The notes beneath the pieces are model-generated. The model saw only the letters and a list, made by a program, of their open reading frames with translations, was not told the DNA's origin and made no database searches. Shown piece after piece: positions 37,364-50,063 of a DNA stretch of 64,000 nucleotides (position 1 is the stretch's first letter; each line of letters begins with the position of its first letter). The stretch lies in contig NC_069000.1 in assembly GCF_001194135.2 (NCBI RefSeq), positions 12,360,915 to 12,424,914 on the forward strand, in the 5' to 3' direction. This DNA comes from Octopus bimaculoides (lineage: Eukaryota). A program made the translations under genes and the position numbers.

Positions 37364-38363
37364 AATTTGCTATATTGCTTTCAATTTACAAAGCATGTAA
37401 AAAAAGTTTTAAAGTACATCGTTTATTATAATCGACTGTAACTATTTAAGCCGACTCTCAGTATGACTCCGACTCCATTGAATTAAATATCACAAATGAA
37501 ATATTAAAATAATTAGAGACTTCAATAGTAAATTTAAGTGCTTTTATTGTTTAATAGCCTTGAACAGTTATGAATGTGTCATTAACCCTCTTTGCCAACA
37601 ATCAGGATAGGTCAGTTGATATTTTTAAGACGTCCACTGCGTAAATTAAATGTGCGCTTATCCTTATTATTATTATTATTATTATTCTATTAGTATTTGA
37701 GAACGAGTCATTTGGTTATAATTATAAGCATACTTTACTTTCTCAACTTAAAACATATGGTCCTTAATTAGAACAAAATGGTGGCTTTCTCGAGATAAAA
37801 TTTAGCACGAAATTTGACTCCAACATCATTGACACATACAGACTTATATGCACATACGCACGAAAACACATATATACGCACATGTGCAACACAGCCACAT
37901 TTGTGTGTATAAATTTCTGAAGATGTTATTATGTATAAGTCTATCCGAATGTTTATATACATACATACACACATATTTATTATAAAATTTGATCTGATAT
38001 TGTACATATACATCATGAAAGTACTCAATATATGATGCAAGAGAGGGGAGAGATGGGGACGGGTAGAGAGAAGGAGGAGGGATTTCATGCAAGTGAGTTA
38101 GTCACCCATAAAGACAATCTATAAAAGCTGTTGCTTTCGCTCATCAATATGCAATTCCTTGATTCCCTTCCCTTGCTGATCAATGGAATAAAGCCAATAG
38201 ATGTGTGGCTGTAAACTAGATGCGGCAGATTTAATGTGAGAATGTTAAGTCCAAGAAAAACTTACATAGGACATGTCTCGCGAATGCGCCATGTTTTTCT
38301 TGTTTAATTGATTTTATGTCGACCTATTTACACCTGATGGCATTACTACCGATTAACGGAGAT

Positions 38364-38468
38364 CGTCGTTGTCGCCGTTGTCGCTGTCGTCGTCATCGTC
38401 ATCGTCGTCATCATCATCATCGTCGTCATCATCGTTGTCATCATCACCACCACCACCAACACCAACAC

Positions 38469-38524
<56 letters not shown>

Positions 38525-38837
38525 NNNNNNNNNNNNNNNNNNNNNNNNNNNNNNNNNNNNNNNNNNNNNNNNNNNNNNNNNNNNNNNNNNNNNNNNNNNN
38601 NNNNNNNNNNNNNNNNNNNNNNNNNNNNNNNNNNNNNNNNNNNNNNNNNNNNNNNNNNNNNNNNNNNNNNNNNNNNNNNNNNNNNNNNNNNNNNNNNNNN
38701 NNNNNNNNNNNNNNNNNNNNNNNNNNNNNNNNNNNNNNNNNNNNNNNNNNNNNNNNNNNNATCCTACACCAGCGCCACACGCAAAATCACCAATGCCGCA
38801 CCCAACTTCACCACCATCACGCTCCATAATAATAACT

Positions 38838-38888
<51 letters not shown>

Positions 38889-39045
38889 GTCATCATCATC
38901 ATCATCATCGTCATCATCATCACCATCATCGTCGTCGTTGTCGTCATCATCATCATCATCATCAACATCATCATCATTGTCATCATCATTATCATCATCA
39001 TCATCATCGTCGTCGTCGTCGTTGTCGTCTCGTCTTCATCACGAC
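38364..39045 (+). repeat. Large (CAT/CGT/CAC)n trinucleotide array interrupted by an N-gap
   Basis: Directly visible; produces poly-His/Ser/Ile/Met ORFs in all frames. Confidence 0.95.
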
Positions 39046-39530
39046 GGTCATCTCCTTTTCTTTTATCTGTTGAGCGTATATGATGAGCGCAACACACTTT
39101 GCTCGTCACTAATTGGCAAATCTATTCATCTGCAAAACGGAAATACGGGTATCCTTTAACACATTTAACACACAATTATTTCAAATGAAGGGTGAGAGGG
39201 GGCGACAGAGAAGAAAGAGAGATGGAAAGAGAGAGAGATAGAGAGAGAGAATGAAGGAAATAAAGCTACTATTATTCACACAGTACTCACTCACATTTCC
39301 TTTGTTAATGAATCATTCTATAACATCATCATAACATTGCTGTCATCATTGTTGCGTCATCGAATCGACGGATCTTCAACATCACTTGTCCAATTATTAC
39401 ACAATAAACTATCCGTTTAACTTCAGTAAATTACTTACAGTAAAGGAACAGAATTGTTTATCTTGCAGCCATGTTGTCAATATTTTTCGTTCTTGAGCAG
39501 GTAACGAGGTGACAGGTTGATTAGCAGATA

Positions 39531-39716
39531 AGGCTGCGAACTGGCAGAAACGTTAGCACGCCGGGCGAAATGCTTGGCGGTATTTCGTCTGCAGTTACGT
39601 TCTGAGTTCAAATTCTGACGAGGTCAACTTTGCCTTTTATCCTTTCGGGGTCGATAAATTAAGTACCAGTTATGCACTGGGGTCGATGTAATCGACTTAA
39701 TCCCTTTGTCTGTCCC
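39531..39716 (+). mobile_element. SINE family A, 3'-truncated, abutting SINE C tail-to-tail
   Basis: GCTGCGAACTGGCAGAAACGTTAGCACGCCGGGCGAAATGCTTGGCGGTATTTCGTC...GGGGTCGATGTAATCGACTTAATCCCTTTGTCTGTCC. Confidence 0.92.
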
Positions 39717-39719
39717 GCA

Positions 39720-39848
39720 AAGTGAACTGGAGCAACGAGAAATGAAGTGTTTTGCTCAAGAACACAACGCATCGCCCGGTCCAGGAATCGAAACCGCAAT
39801 TTTACGATCAACGCGTCCAAACATCCTAACTACTAAGCCACGGGCCTT
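39720..39848 (-). mobile_element. SINE family C, head and central domain only
   Basis: AGTGAACTGGAGCAACGAGAAATGAAGTGTTTTGCTCAAG...CCGGTCCAGGAATCGAAACC...CTAAGCCACG matches 25790-25920. Confidence 0.88.
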
Positions 39849-41889
39849 GTGAATATATAAGTAAAAACTTTCAAAGACGAGGTGTCATGTCGCTTTGCTA
39901 AGCAAAGTTTCTTTCGTGCATGTGATGACAAATTGAGGTATATGAATACAAAAACACACCTGAGAGGAATTTTCACCTCATTTAACTGAACAAACTAAAT
40001 GCAGAATCTTGTCAGTAGAAGTTCCATTCTTCTGCTTATAGTTTCATGTTCCACCCGCTCGTATACGAATTGAGTTTCGGAAACGTGAAACTCGAAGTGG
40101 GAACTTGTACAGATTTCTATTTCCAGTAAAATCAAAGCTATCACTAACGCTTCTATAATTATTGGGTGCTTCTGTTTTTTTTCATCTTTCCTTGTTGGTA
40201 GGTTTTTTGAGTACAATACACATATACACATATATTTATAGACATACACACACACACAAGGACACACAAAACATCATGTATATGTTCCTATATACACATA
40301 TATATATCTGTATATATATATATATATAATGCAAGAGAGTTAGGGGTTGAGGATTCAACCCACTAAGGGATAGTATCTATCCAATATACTGCTGGGAGGG
40401 TACCCAATTATTGTTACACTAGTGTTATACCAAGTGTAATAAATGGGAGTGGGTAAAAGGAGGGTGTTACCCCTCCATTTTCTAATTGATATATACATAT
40501 ATANNNNNNNNNNNNNNNNNNATATATATATATATATATATACACATATATACACTCATGCATACATATATATATATGCATGCATGCATGCATACATACA
40601 TACGAACATATACACATATATTTATGTGTGTTTGTATGCACATAAATGCATTTACAGAGGTATAATATAAATATTCATATATTGATATGCGTGTATATCT
40701 ATGTCTAGGGCTCAGGGTTAATATATGAGGTTTGTGTGGGTGAGTGTGTGCGCGATGTGTGCAAAACTCTAACTAACATGCCACATATACACATTTCTCC
40801 ATGAGTTGTATTTAAATATTTTTATATAAATGGGCTTATTATGCCGAAATATCTTCATTGACAAATTATATCGTTAAAATTTTGCAAATATTAAAATTGG
40901 GCGGCTTGCCAAATTGCAAGGAAACAAACTTAGCAACATAAACATCTCATTTCCTCAAACAAATCTCACACACACACTCACACACACACTCACACACACA
41001 CACACACACACACATAATACACACACACACACATAACTATACATGCATAAATACATATATATCCATGCATAAATACATACACACACGTACACACACACAC
41101 ACACACACACACGCATGTATATAGATGAATGTATGTTATACACTAATATCTCTCACAATCAGATAACAATCCTAGACCCATACAGATGTGCACGCACACA
41201 CCGTAGATATAATGACTACTCGGTTTCATAAACTAAGGCTGTCTATAATGACATTTAACAAGCAGCACATCATAACGTGATGAGTAGGACCAAACTTAAA
41301 TTTAGTTTTCCATCGATAGTGTGTTTTACTTTTGTTTTTGCTACACATACATAATATAACATAACAAAAACATAACAGACAGACAAACAAGCAAACTAAT
41401 AGAACAACAACAACGACAAAATAATACCAAAAAAGAAAACAAATTGACAATTTAATATCTTGAAAATCTAAATTAGCAACACATAGAAAAAGAAAAAGTA
41501 AAAAACAAAAAAAAAAAACAGAGAAAGAAACCAATACAATTATTTTTCAAATACATTCTAACAAAAACATGTCTAAAATTAGACAATCGCAGCAACCACC
41601 ACCACCACCACCACCACCACTACCACCTGCAACAACAACACCAACAATATCACCATCGATAAAACCAATGACACAGCAAGATGTAGAAGACTATTGGAGT
41701 GCTATAGAAATTTCTAGAATATCGATATAATGTTGAATATTTTCTATTATGGTTATATTTACACATCTGAAAGGAATTCAATATTGTTTAGGGTGTTTTA
41801 AAATGTCTACAAACAATGACAAAATACATTTCAGGTGTCATGGATGTGTGCTATATTTTCTCCATGCTTACATACATACGAGCTTCCAC

Positions 41890-41988
<99 letters not shown>

Positions 41989-42894
41989 TATATATGTATA
42001 TATGTATGTATATATATATGTGTAGGTTTGTATGTATGGATGTATGTATTGTGTTTTTCTTTCTGGTTTTCGATGATTTGATGTTGATTTACCGTTAGGT
42101 GGTGAAAAAGTATGTGTCAGATGCAAATAGCGTACATCATGTAAAAGCTGACTGACGTTTGATTAAAATGAAGAACCTGTCCTACTAACATGTGGTTGTA
42201 TGTAAGTATGTATGTATATATGTGTGTGTGCGTGTGCGTGTGCGCGTGTGTGTATGTGTGTGTGTGTACGCAGAGACAAGAAAAGTGAGCGTTAAAGGGG
42301 TAGACAGAGTGTGATCGAAATAAACTGATAGTGAAAGAGTGGAGATGATATACATATGGTGGAAGAGTGAATGTACAAATAAAAATCATATCTGTACATA
42401 ATGGCGTGTTTTTGCGTTTCTGCGTTTCTGCGTACTAATGTATGTGCGAATGAATTTATTGGTGTAAGCTTAGTGTGTTCGTTTGTATATACAAGTTTCA
42501 TATCTTGTAAGCCTTTTTCACTTGACGTATTTTCTTCGTCCTTTAAACTCCGTTTCTGTCAGTGTGCCGGAAAACGAAGACGAAGAAATAAATTAACTCC
42601 TCTTAAGGTAATTCGAGAATGTTAACGGAATCAAAATTGGAAATGAAGTTGTAATATGGATTTCAAATATGTAAAATTATAAGATGGAAACGTTGAGAAA
42701 GAATGAAAAATTTAGAAACGCGAGGAACCAGGCGTATGCGGACACATAGGCCAGCGCGCGCACACACACACGCACATGGAGTCACACGCAGACATGCCTA
42801 CGCATGCGTGTGTTTGTTTGGAGTATGTTAGCTACGAAATCCCGAATATATACGATACGAATCCCGAATAACGATTATGTTTATGTAGATTATT

Positions 42895-43112
42895 GAGGAT
42901 TTAGCATTCCACCTCTATTTTTATTGATTTTGGCTTTGATCTTTCAATAATCTTCCATTTGATGTTGTTATTTGAACTCATTTCTCTTAATGGTCGGATG
43001 TAGTCACCAAATGCTATTCCATTTTTTTTGTTTTCATTTACCGATTTGTCCAAAAACGTCACATGTCTGTCTAATCTTTGTTTGAACTTTCTTTCTGGCA
43101 TTTCTATGTAAA
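42895..43112 (-). mobile_element. Probable Penelope-like element GIY-YIG endonuclease relic
   Basis: Minus-strand YIEMPERKFKQRLDRHVTF...DYIRPLRE...NIKWKIIERSKP...EC resembles PLE endonucleases (YIG.TE..FK.R...H...F...L..YI..LK....I.W.II.K..PY...C). Confidence 0.6.
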
Positions 43113-44044
43113 TTCACGTTTGTACACTCGGTCAGTCACCATGGATACAGTTATAATTTTTTTCCTTTTTCTTATGAATGGAATTAAATGAAAAGAAATT
43201 TGATGCTGCGATTATTTTCTCACATAAAATGGACAGAAAACATGAAAATAGATTGAAAAAATATATTTCCTATTACAATTCATTATTAACATTTTTAAAT
43301 CGCAATACGTTGTTGAAATAGCATGGTTTTATATATTTTCGACGAATATTTCCTCTTACGAATTTCATATTGGCTAATGTTTTCAGTTAATTTGTCTTTC
43401 GACCGAATTATTTATCTATGAATATATTTTCCCACCAATTTCGAATATATCTACAAATTTGCCGTTTAAAGGAATTGTTTTTGTTTAATATTCCTGATTC
43501 CTATGAAACTCATGTATTTAGGATTGAGTCAAGATGCTGGTAATTTATCAATTAACGGAAAAAGATGTTCTTAAAAATTAACGCGACAATAATAAATTTA
43601 GAATGCAGGTTAGAATAAATTTTAGAACAGTTATCAAATAAGACATGAGTAGAGGATTGTATGTAAGTCTCGATAATAAAATTATAACTATAAAATACAC
43701 AATGTATAGCACAATATAGAATGTTAAGCATTGTAGTATGGAAATTGCTAGTGCAATGAAGGTAAACACCTAATTTAAATTCACTGTTGCAGGTGGACTT
43801 TTGTACATTTGGCACTTAAATGCGATATAGGGAAACAGATGTGCAAGAACCAAAATTTATTTTCTACAGTATATAATGATCATGTGTTGTGTAAAAGAAA
43901 TTTAGTAGATATAGAATTTACTTGTTGGTATTTATGGCAGTTGTTTCAATGCTGTAGTAGAATATGCACGTAATAGAGAATAGGTTTGTTGTAGCTTTCA
44001 GTTTTCCGTTTTCTACGCTGACAATATGAAACCGACAAGAATGG

Positions 44045-44305
44045 GAGTTACAGATATCTGCAGCCTGAAAGATATTTCATCATCCAGGGAGCAAGAACGG
44101 CTGAGTGTTCCGCCCAGGTAGACAAGGTTGTATATCACTTTCAGTATTGTTCCTTCAACCAAGATAGCTGGTTTACATATATGGATTTCCTGTTCCAAAT
44201 GCCTTACAAATATTTTATAAATATTTGCATGTCATCCACTGTATAAGTGGCTAAGTCACAGTCATCTGCATAAAGGAGGTCACGAATAAGTTACTGGAAA
44301 ACTTT
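44045..44305 (-). mobile_element. Decayed RTE-clade LINE RT fragment including the YADD motif
   Basis: LIRDLLYADDCDLATYTVDDMQ (YADD at 44261-44272), then after a frameshift CKAFG, then GTILKVIYNLVYLGGTLSRSCSLDDEISFRLQ, the RTE-type YLG...LD.EI..R motif. Confidence 0.85.
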
Positions 44306-44477
44306 CACGCCGGGCGAAATGCTTAACGGTATTTCGTCTGTCTTTACATTTTGAGTTCAAATTCCGCTGAGGTCGACTCTGCCTTTCATCCTTTTGGGGT
44401 CAATAAATCAAGTATCAGTTGCATACTGAGGTCGATCTAATCGACTGGACCCCTCCCCCAAAATTTCGGGCCTTGTG
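44306..44477 (+). mobile_element. SINE family A lacking its first approximately 25 nt
   Basis: CACGCCGGGCGAAATGCTTAACGGTATTTCGTCTG...GGTCGATCTAATCGACTGG...AAATTTCGGGCCTTGTG. Confidence 0.9.
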
Positions 44478-45453
44478 GAAAACTTTTAAATTGGCTGCAA
44501 ATCAGCACAGATTAAAGATACGGCCAGAAGATCGATACCTGACATATATCCCCAGAGAGCTAACCTTACATAACTAACATACATACATACATACATACAT
44601 AAAACGAAACATACAAATCTGTACATATTATGTACATACATATATGCAAAAATACCCAGTTGTTGTTGAAATTCCAATGAAGGTGCCTTGAATCTAGGTT
44701 AGAAACTGGCTCTTTCTCTATTGGCAAAATATACATACATAATACAGACATACATGATTACGCACATACATGCGTATATACAATAAAATATTTCTTTCCC
44801 CACAGTTTATTTAGTTTATATATAGTGTTGCTTCACTAAGAACTACAATATACATTAGCATTATGCTACAATCCCTAAAATGACACTCCCAAATGCCAAG
44901 ATTCTGTCTTTCAGTATTAAACACTTAATCGCCTTTATTTAGAGTCGGTTGGGGTTTTCTTTATTTTTGGTATCTTTTTGGATATTAAAAATATTTCTTG
45001 TAATTTTTTTTTTGCTCTATAATGAACATATATGTATTTAAGCAGATCTAATAGATACAGACAGCCAGGGCGGGGGGCGGATCCCTCAATCGGATATATT
45101 GATGGAATTAATGTCGTTCACTGAGTGCACATTCATTTATGCACATCGGTGAACATAAACGCAAGCATGGGGGTTTGAGAACAACGTAGCTTCTGTGGAA
45201 CATAATCAAACAGACACAAATGTCATTTTGTGTGGCACGTAACGAACGAATACACGTCGTGTAGTTCTTGCAATTTCTCTCGTCAGTAATTATCATACAT
45301 ACAAATATATGCATGCGCATACATATTCATACATATTCACACATACACACACACACACTCACTTACGCTCACACATGCATATATATATATATATATATAT
45401 GGATGTATGTATGTATGTATTTATCTATCTATATTGCTATATCTATCTACCTA

Positions 45454-45513
<60 letters not shown>

Positions 45514-45779
45514 AATCAATCAATCTATCTGTGTGTCTGTGTATCTCTGTATCTATCTGTCCCATACCTCTCTGTCGGTCGGTCGGTCTATCTATATAAC
45601 TCTCTCATAGATGACTCACTAGCTACGATAATTCTGTGCAGGAGTATTACGAGTGCCACGCTGTTTTCTTTTTATTCAATAAGCAAGTCCCCGTTTTTGT
45701 AGAGATGTTGAAATAAAAAAAAAATCTGGCAAAAGTTTTGTTGTAAAAATGGTGGGTAAACTCAAATGCGACGATTCTC

Positions 45780-46100
45780 AGCGAAACAATCTCTTCAAGA
45801 TATGGCTAGTAACTGACATATATGGCAAGTAACTTGACAGAGGATATTCGATTGTTGCAAGTCTCTGAACAATTTCGAGCAGATTGCTGTAGTTGCCAAG
45901 ATGTAGGTTCCAAATTGGAGATGCAAACTGTAATTGTGAACGCATCAAAATCATATATAGATTTACACGAATAACTGTTGAACGGCTTACTGAGTGAAGT
46001 TAAGAGGTCGGCCATTTTGACGATTTGGGGAAAGCGAGTCACCAAACGCAAGTCATTGTTGACAATAATGTCTACATCACTTTCACCAACAGACTTCTTA
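45780..46100 (-). mobile_element. Decayed CR1/L2-type LINE fragment (region C-terminal to the RT)
   Basis: ESDVDIIVNNDLRL...QIVKMAD, followed in another frame by LLEIVQRLATIEYP...LPY. Resembles EKDLG.IV..DL.F..HI..IV.KA....LE.VQRRAT..IP....L.Y. Confidence 0.55.
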
Positions 46101-46115
46101 AGTTTGGTGCGAATG

Positions 46116-46146
<31 letters not shown>

Positions 46147-46663
46147 TCACGTACGCATTTGAAATGTATAATAATACAATTTTTTTTTTCATTTGTAATT
46201 ACATTTTCAGCCATAATATCCTGAACGTGAAGAACAACAACTAAAAAAAAACAGAATAATAAAAAAGAAAATCAGAGAAAAACAAACAAGCAAATGGCAT
46301 TTAAATTTTGCAGGAAGTGAAATAACAAATAATTTCAAATGTAAATATAAAATATATTTATACGCTTCAAATGCATATGAAATATATTTATATACTGCAG
46401 CTGTAAATCCTCAAACGCTAATCAGTTGCTGATGAAAAAAGCATAATTCTGAATTTCAAACCAAAACAGTTGTTTTTGTTTAATTTTCTTGCAGATTTTA
46501 AATACGTGATGTTCAAAACATTAACCCTGGAGACCGTTTACCTTTATTATTTTTTTTTTATGGCATTATAATATGCTAGGGAGTGGGGTTAAGGAAGTTA
46601 ATTTTACTGGAAATAATAATATTATTATTGCTGTCGATTTCATATTACACATATTGTAATATA

Positions 46664-46770
46664 CGAGGGAGTGCTGAAAAGTTCCTGGCTTTGAGTAAAA
46701 GTAAATACAGAGGGATCAGTTAATTATGATTGTATTCAACATGTTCCCCTCTCAGATTCACACACTATTG
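46664..46770 (-). mobile_element. 3' end (TIR plus last codons) of the same mariner family as 2854-3070
   Basis: TA (46662-63) then CGAGGGAGTGCTGAAAAGTTCCTGGCTTTGAGTAAAAG...GATCAGTTAATTATGA...CAGATTCACAC aligns colinearly with the reverse complement of 2965-3070. Confidence 0.85.
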
Positions 46771-47495
46771 AGAACGCCCTGGTGCTGAGGTTTTCTCGTT
46801 GAGGGTTGTTACTTATGTTCTTGTTATTGGTGCTGTAGTTATATTTTAACCCAAGTTCAATCCTAATAAGCAGTTATGTGATCGACAACATTTCAGTCAT
46901 GAAAATATTGTCTTTTTTTATGGCGATATCATGGATTGCATTAGCTAACGTGTCCTTCAAGTTTTATGAGAGAAATTTGGTTGCTGTTTCTACCAGATCT
47001 AGTTATCACTTAAATCCCTCGCATCTTTCGGTTTTATAATCCCCACCTTACCCCTACCGTCAGGCGTGGTGTCGCTCGTAGAAGAGGTGGGAGGGCGTAG
47101 TAATAAATAGGTGGCAAGAAGGAAAGAGGAAGAGGAGGAGGTTTAGGCAGGATCGTAGATATGAAGACTGCTGTTAGTATAGAAGTGCACAGGGTGTAAC
47201 GTTAATGACAATAGATGGGAGGGGATGATAGCGGTGATGTTAGCGTCGGTGGTGGTGGTGGTGATGGTAAAATGAATTAATTCCCCGGCATAAGTGGTAA
47301 ACATTTGGATGAGTGGCGGTGGGTTGCATATACCAATACCGTAGCTGTCCTTCGTAATGAGGTAGGAACAAAAGGATGTGGCAGGTTGACAGGTTGATGA
47401 GATAAAGTAGATATATGGCTTCGCATATACATACATACATATTTATATACGTATGTATGTATATATACGTATATATGTATATATATGTATCCATG

Positions 47496-47544
<49 letters not shown>

Positions 47545-48464
47545 NNNNNNNNNNNNNNNNNNNNNNNNNNNNNNNNNNNNNNNNNNNNNNNNNNNNNNNN
47601 NNNNNNNNNNNNNNNNNNNNNNNNNNNNNNNNNNNNNNNNNNNNNNNNNNNNNNNNNNNNNNNNNNNNNNNNNNNNNNNNNNNNNNNNNNNNNNNNNNNN
47701 NNNNNNNNNNNNNNNNNNNNNNNNNCAGGTTGATATACCTAGTTAACGTGATACATTTTGAGAATATATGGATAATAACATCAAATGGAGCAAAACGCAT
47801 GTCGATGAAAGTTCCTTTAATTCCTATATATATGTTTCGAAGCAAGTGAGGGCCATTTCACAAAAAAAGGAAAGGGTAGCTGGAATTATCACTTGTTTCT
47901 CATCAGGGAGAACATAATAAAACATTTAGTAGCAAGACAAAAACGAAATGATGGGGTAACTTACGAGTTGAGATGTTACATGGTCAGTGACCGTTAGAGG
48001 GTTTGTTTACATAGAGTTATGACGGGGTCACCGATATTATTCCACGGGCTTTAGGCATGAGAACGCTAGTTTACATAGAAATACATATATATAATACAGG
48101 AGAGTGAAAATGAGAGAGAAAGGAGATGTTGAAAGAGAGATAGATTAAGAAACAAAGAGAACGAATGAATAGGATAGAATAAGAAAGAGAGAACTGAAAC
48201 GTTAGGGACATATCACTTAAAGTGAAGACTAAGAAACAGAAACCAAGAAAAGGCCGTTATAAGTCTGGGTTGGGAAATAAATGGGAACACTAACGAGGAT
48301 TCACAGGAGTGTTACACAAAACTTGGAAAAAAAAAACTAAAACGTTTCTCGTATTATTTGCCATAACACCTCCATTTTCTTCACTATAGTACAATGGCCG
48401 ACAGACTGTTGCATAAAATAGGATGAGTTCAGTCTGTCACCAACCCTATTAAGCAACAACTTAC

Positions 48465-48501
48465 CTGCTCCGAAACAGATGCTTATCACTGTTAGCTTCA
48501 T
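48465..48501 (-). other. Candidate first coding exon encoding a signal-peptide-like start (MKLTVISICFGA, phase-1 intron), unverified
   Basis: ATG at 48501-48499, consensus donor CAG|GTAAGT at 48464-48459, and an M-K-hydrophobic pattern. An alternative open frame also reaches the same donor. Confidence 0.25.
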
Positions 48502-48671
48502 TCACACTTGTATTTCTAATTATCATTCTTTTCTTTTTATCATCTTATTCTTCCTGAATGTCTGCTCGATCGCTTTTTTTTTCTCTTTTACTTTTTTTTT
48601 TGAATTGTTTTATTTGTTGTTGTCATCTCCATCGTTGTTGTTTTTGTTTTTGTTGATGATGATAATGTTAG

Positions 48672-48672
48672 G

Positions 48673-48716
<44 letters not shown>
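48672..48716 (+). repeat. (GAT)n microsatellite
   Basis: Directly visible; source of the poly-D stretch in ORF 48479-49057. Confidence 0.95.
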
Positions 48717-49950
48717 CTTTCGTCTCACAACAAAAGGAATATTTACTTACGCTAAATTGTAATTTATTATTTTTTTTATCTATTCAATCATTTGCATGCT
48801 TGTATGACTATATGGGTCTGTATGTATACACACACACACACACACACATACACACACACATACATACATACACACACACATACACATATACATGCACACG
48901 TACAAACATAGATACGAACATACGTACCCCCCTATACATACACATACACAAACTTACATGTGTCGAACGAAACCCCAAAGGTTTTCAGTCAACATATTTA
49001 TCTATGCTTGTTTCTGTCTTTACTTTACGTCCTATTTATTATTATATTTTCTTTTAGTTCTACTTCAGAAGTCAGAATGTTAGGGGATTCATCTTCTTTT
49101 CCCTATCACAGAACACGTCTGTTAGAATTTAAAAGGAAATAAAATACCTAACTAAGAAAAAGAGTATATATATGTATANNNNNNNNNNNNNNNNNNNNNN
49201 NNNNNNNNNNNNNNNNNNNNNNNNNNNNNNNNNNNNNNNNNNNNNNNNNNNNNNNNNNNNNNNNNNNNNNNNNNNNNNNNNNNNNNNNNNNNNNNNNNNN
49301 NNNNNNNNNNNNNNNNNNNNNNNNNNNNNNNNNNNNNNNNNNNNNNNNNNNNNNNNNNNNNNNTAGTGATAATTTTCTCTCCTAAATTTTGCATTTTTCC
49401 ATTTCTTAGTTAATGATGTGAGAACAGCAGACAATTTCTTTATTATCTAACACATATCTACTTGCCGCCAATAATTTACTATTTATGCTGCTTGCTCTTA
49501 CAGAAAATAACAATGATATACAGGCCCCCGCGAGACGTTTACGAAGAATACATGACGGGAATAAACAATTAAACAGCTCTAAACCAAAAGGCATTATAAG
49601 GTCAGAAGGGAAATAAAACGATTAACACATTGCTAACATTTGCTACTAACGGAAATTATAGTCAACACTGATGGAAATAATATCAATATCCCTTTCAAAA
49701 TATTTGTTTAAAATAAACAAGTGTAGTTAATAAATACATCTATTATGGAAATGTGAAGAATGCAAACTGGGATATGTGTAACCCGAGAATGGAAAAGCAA
49801 ATGTAAAACCTTTTACATGATGTGCCGTAAAGTGAAGACTATGTGAGTCCTCGAGTTGTAAGAAGCAGCGTTGAAAGTTCTTTCGGGTCTCACCTTACGT
49901 AATATTTTACTTTTAAAGAAAGAAACGTTTTGGGCAATATTGCACTCTAT

Positions 49951-50063
49951 ATCTTTCATCCTGTACTTGTTTCAGTCATCAAATTGCGGTCATGCTGGGG
50001 CACCGCCTTGAAGAATTTATAGTTGAGTCGATCCCAAGAATTTCTAGTCGAGTCGATCCCAGG
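49951..50063 (-). mobile_element. SINE family B 3' end with a small internal duplication
   Basis: TACTTGTTTCAGTCATC...GCGGTCATGCTGGGGCACCGCCTTGAAG; GAGTCGATCCCA occurs twice. Confidence 0.85.

Noticed and set aside
38316-39109. Poly-His/Ser/Met ORFs suggesting a metal-binding or structural protein
   Set aside because: All frames on both strands are open simply because of the (CAT)n array; there is no flanking domain or splice support.
45065-45090. GGGCGGGGGGCGGATCC as a GC-box promoter or Harbinger-type TIR
   Set aside because: No partner TIR, no CpG island and no adjacent gene start.
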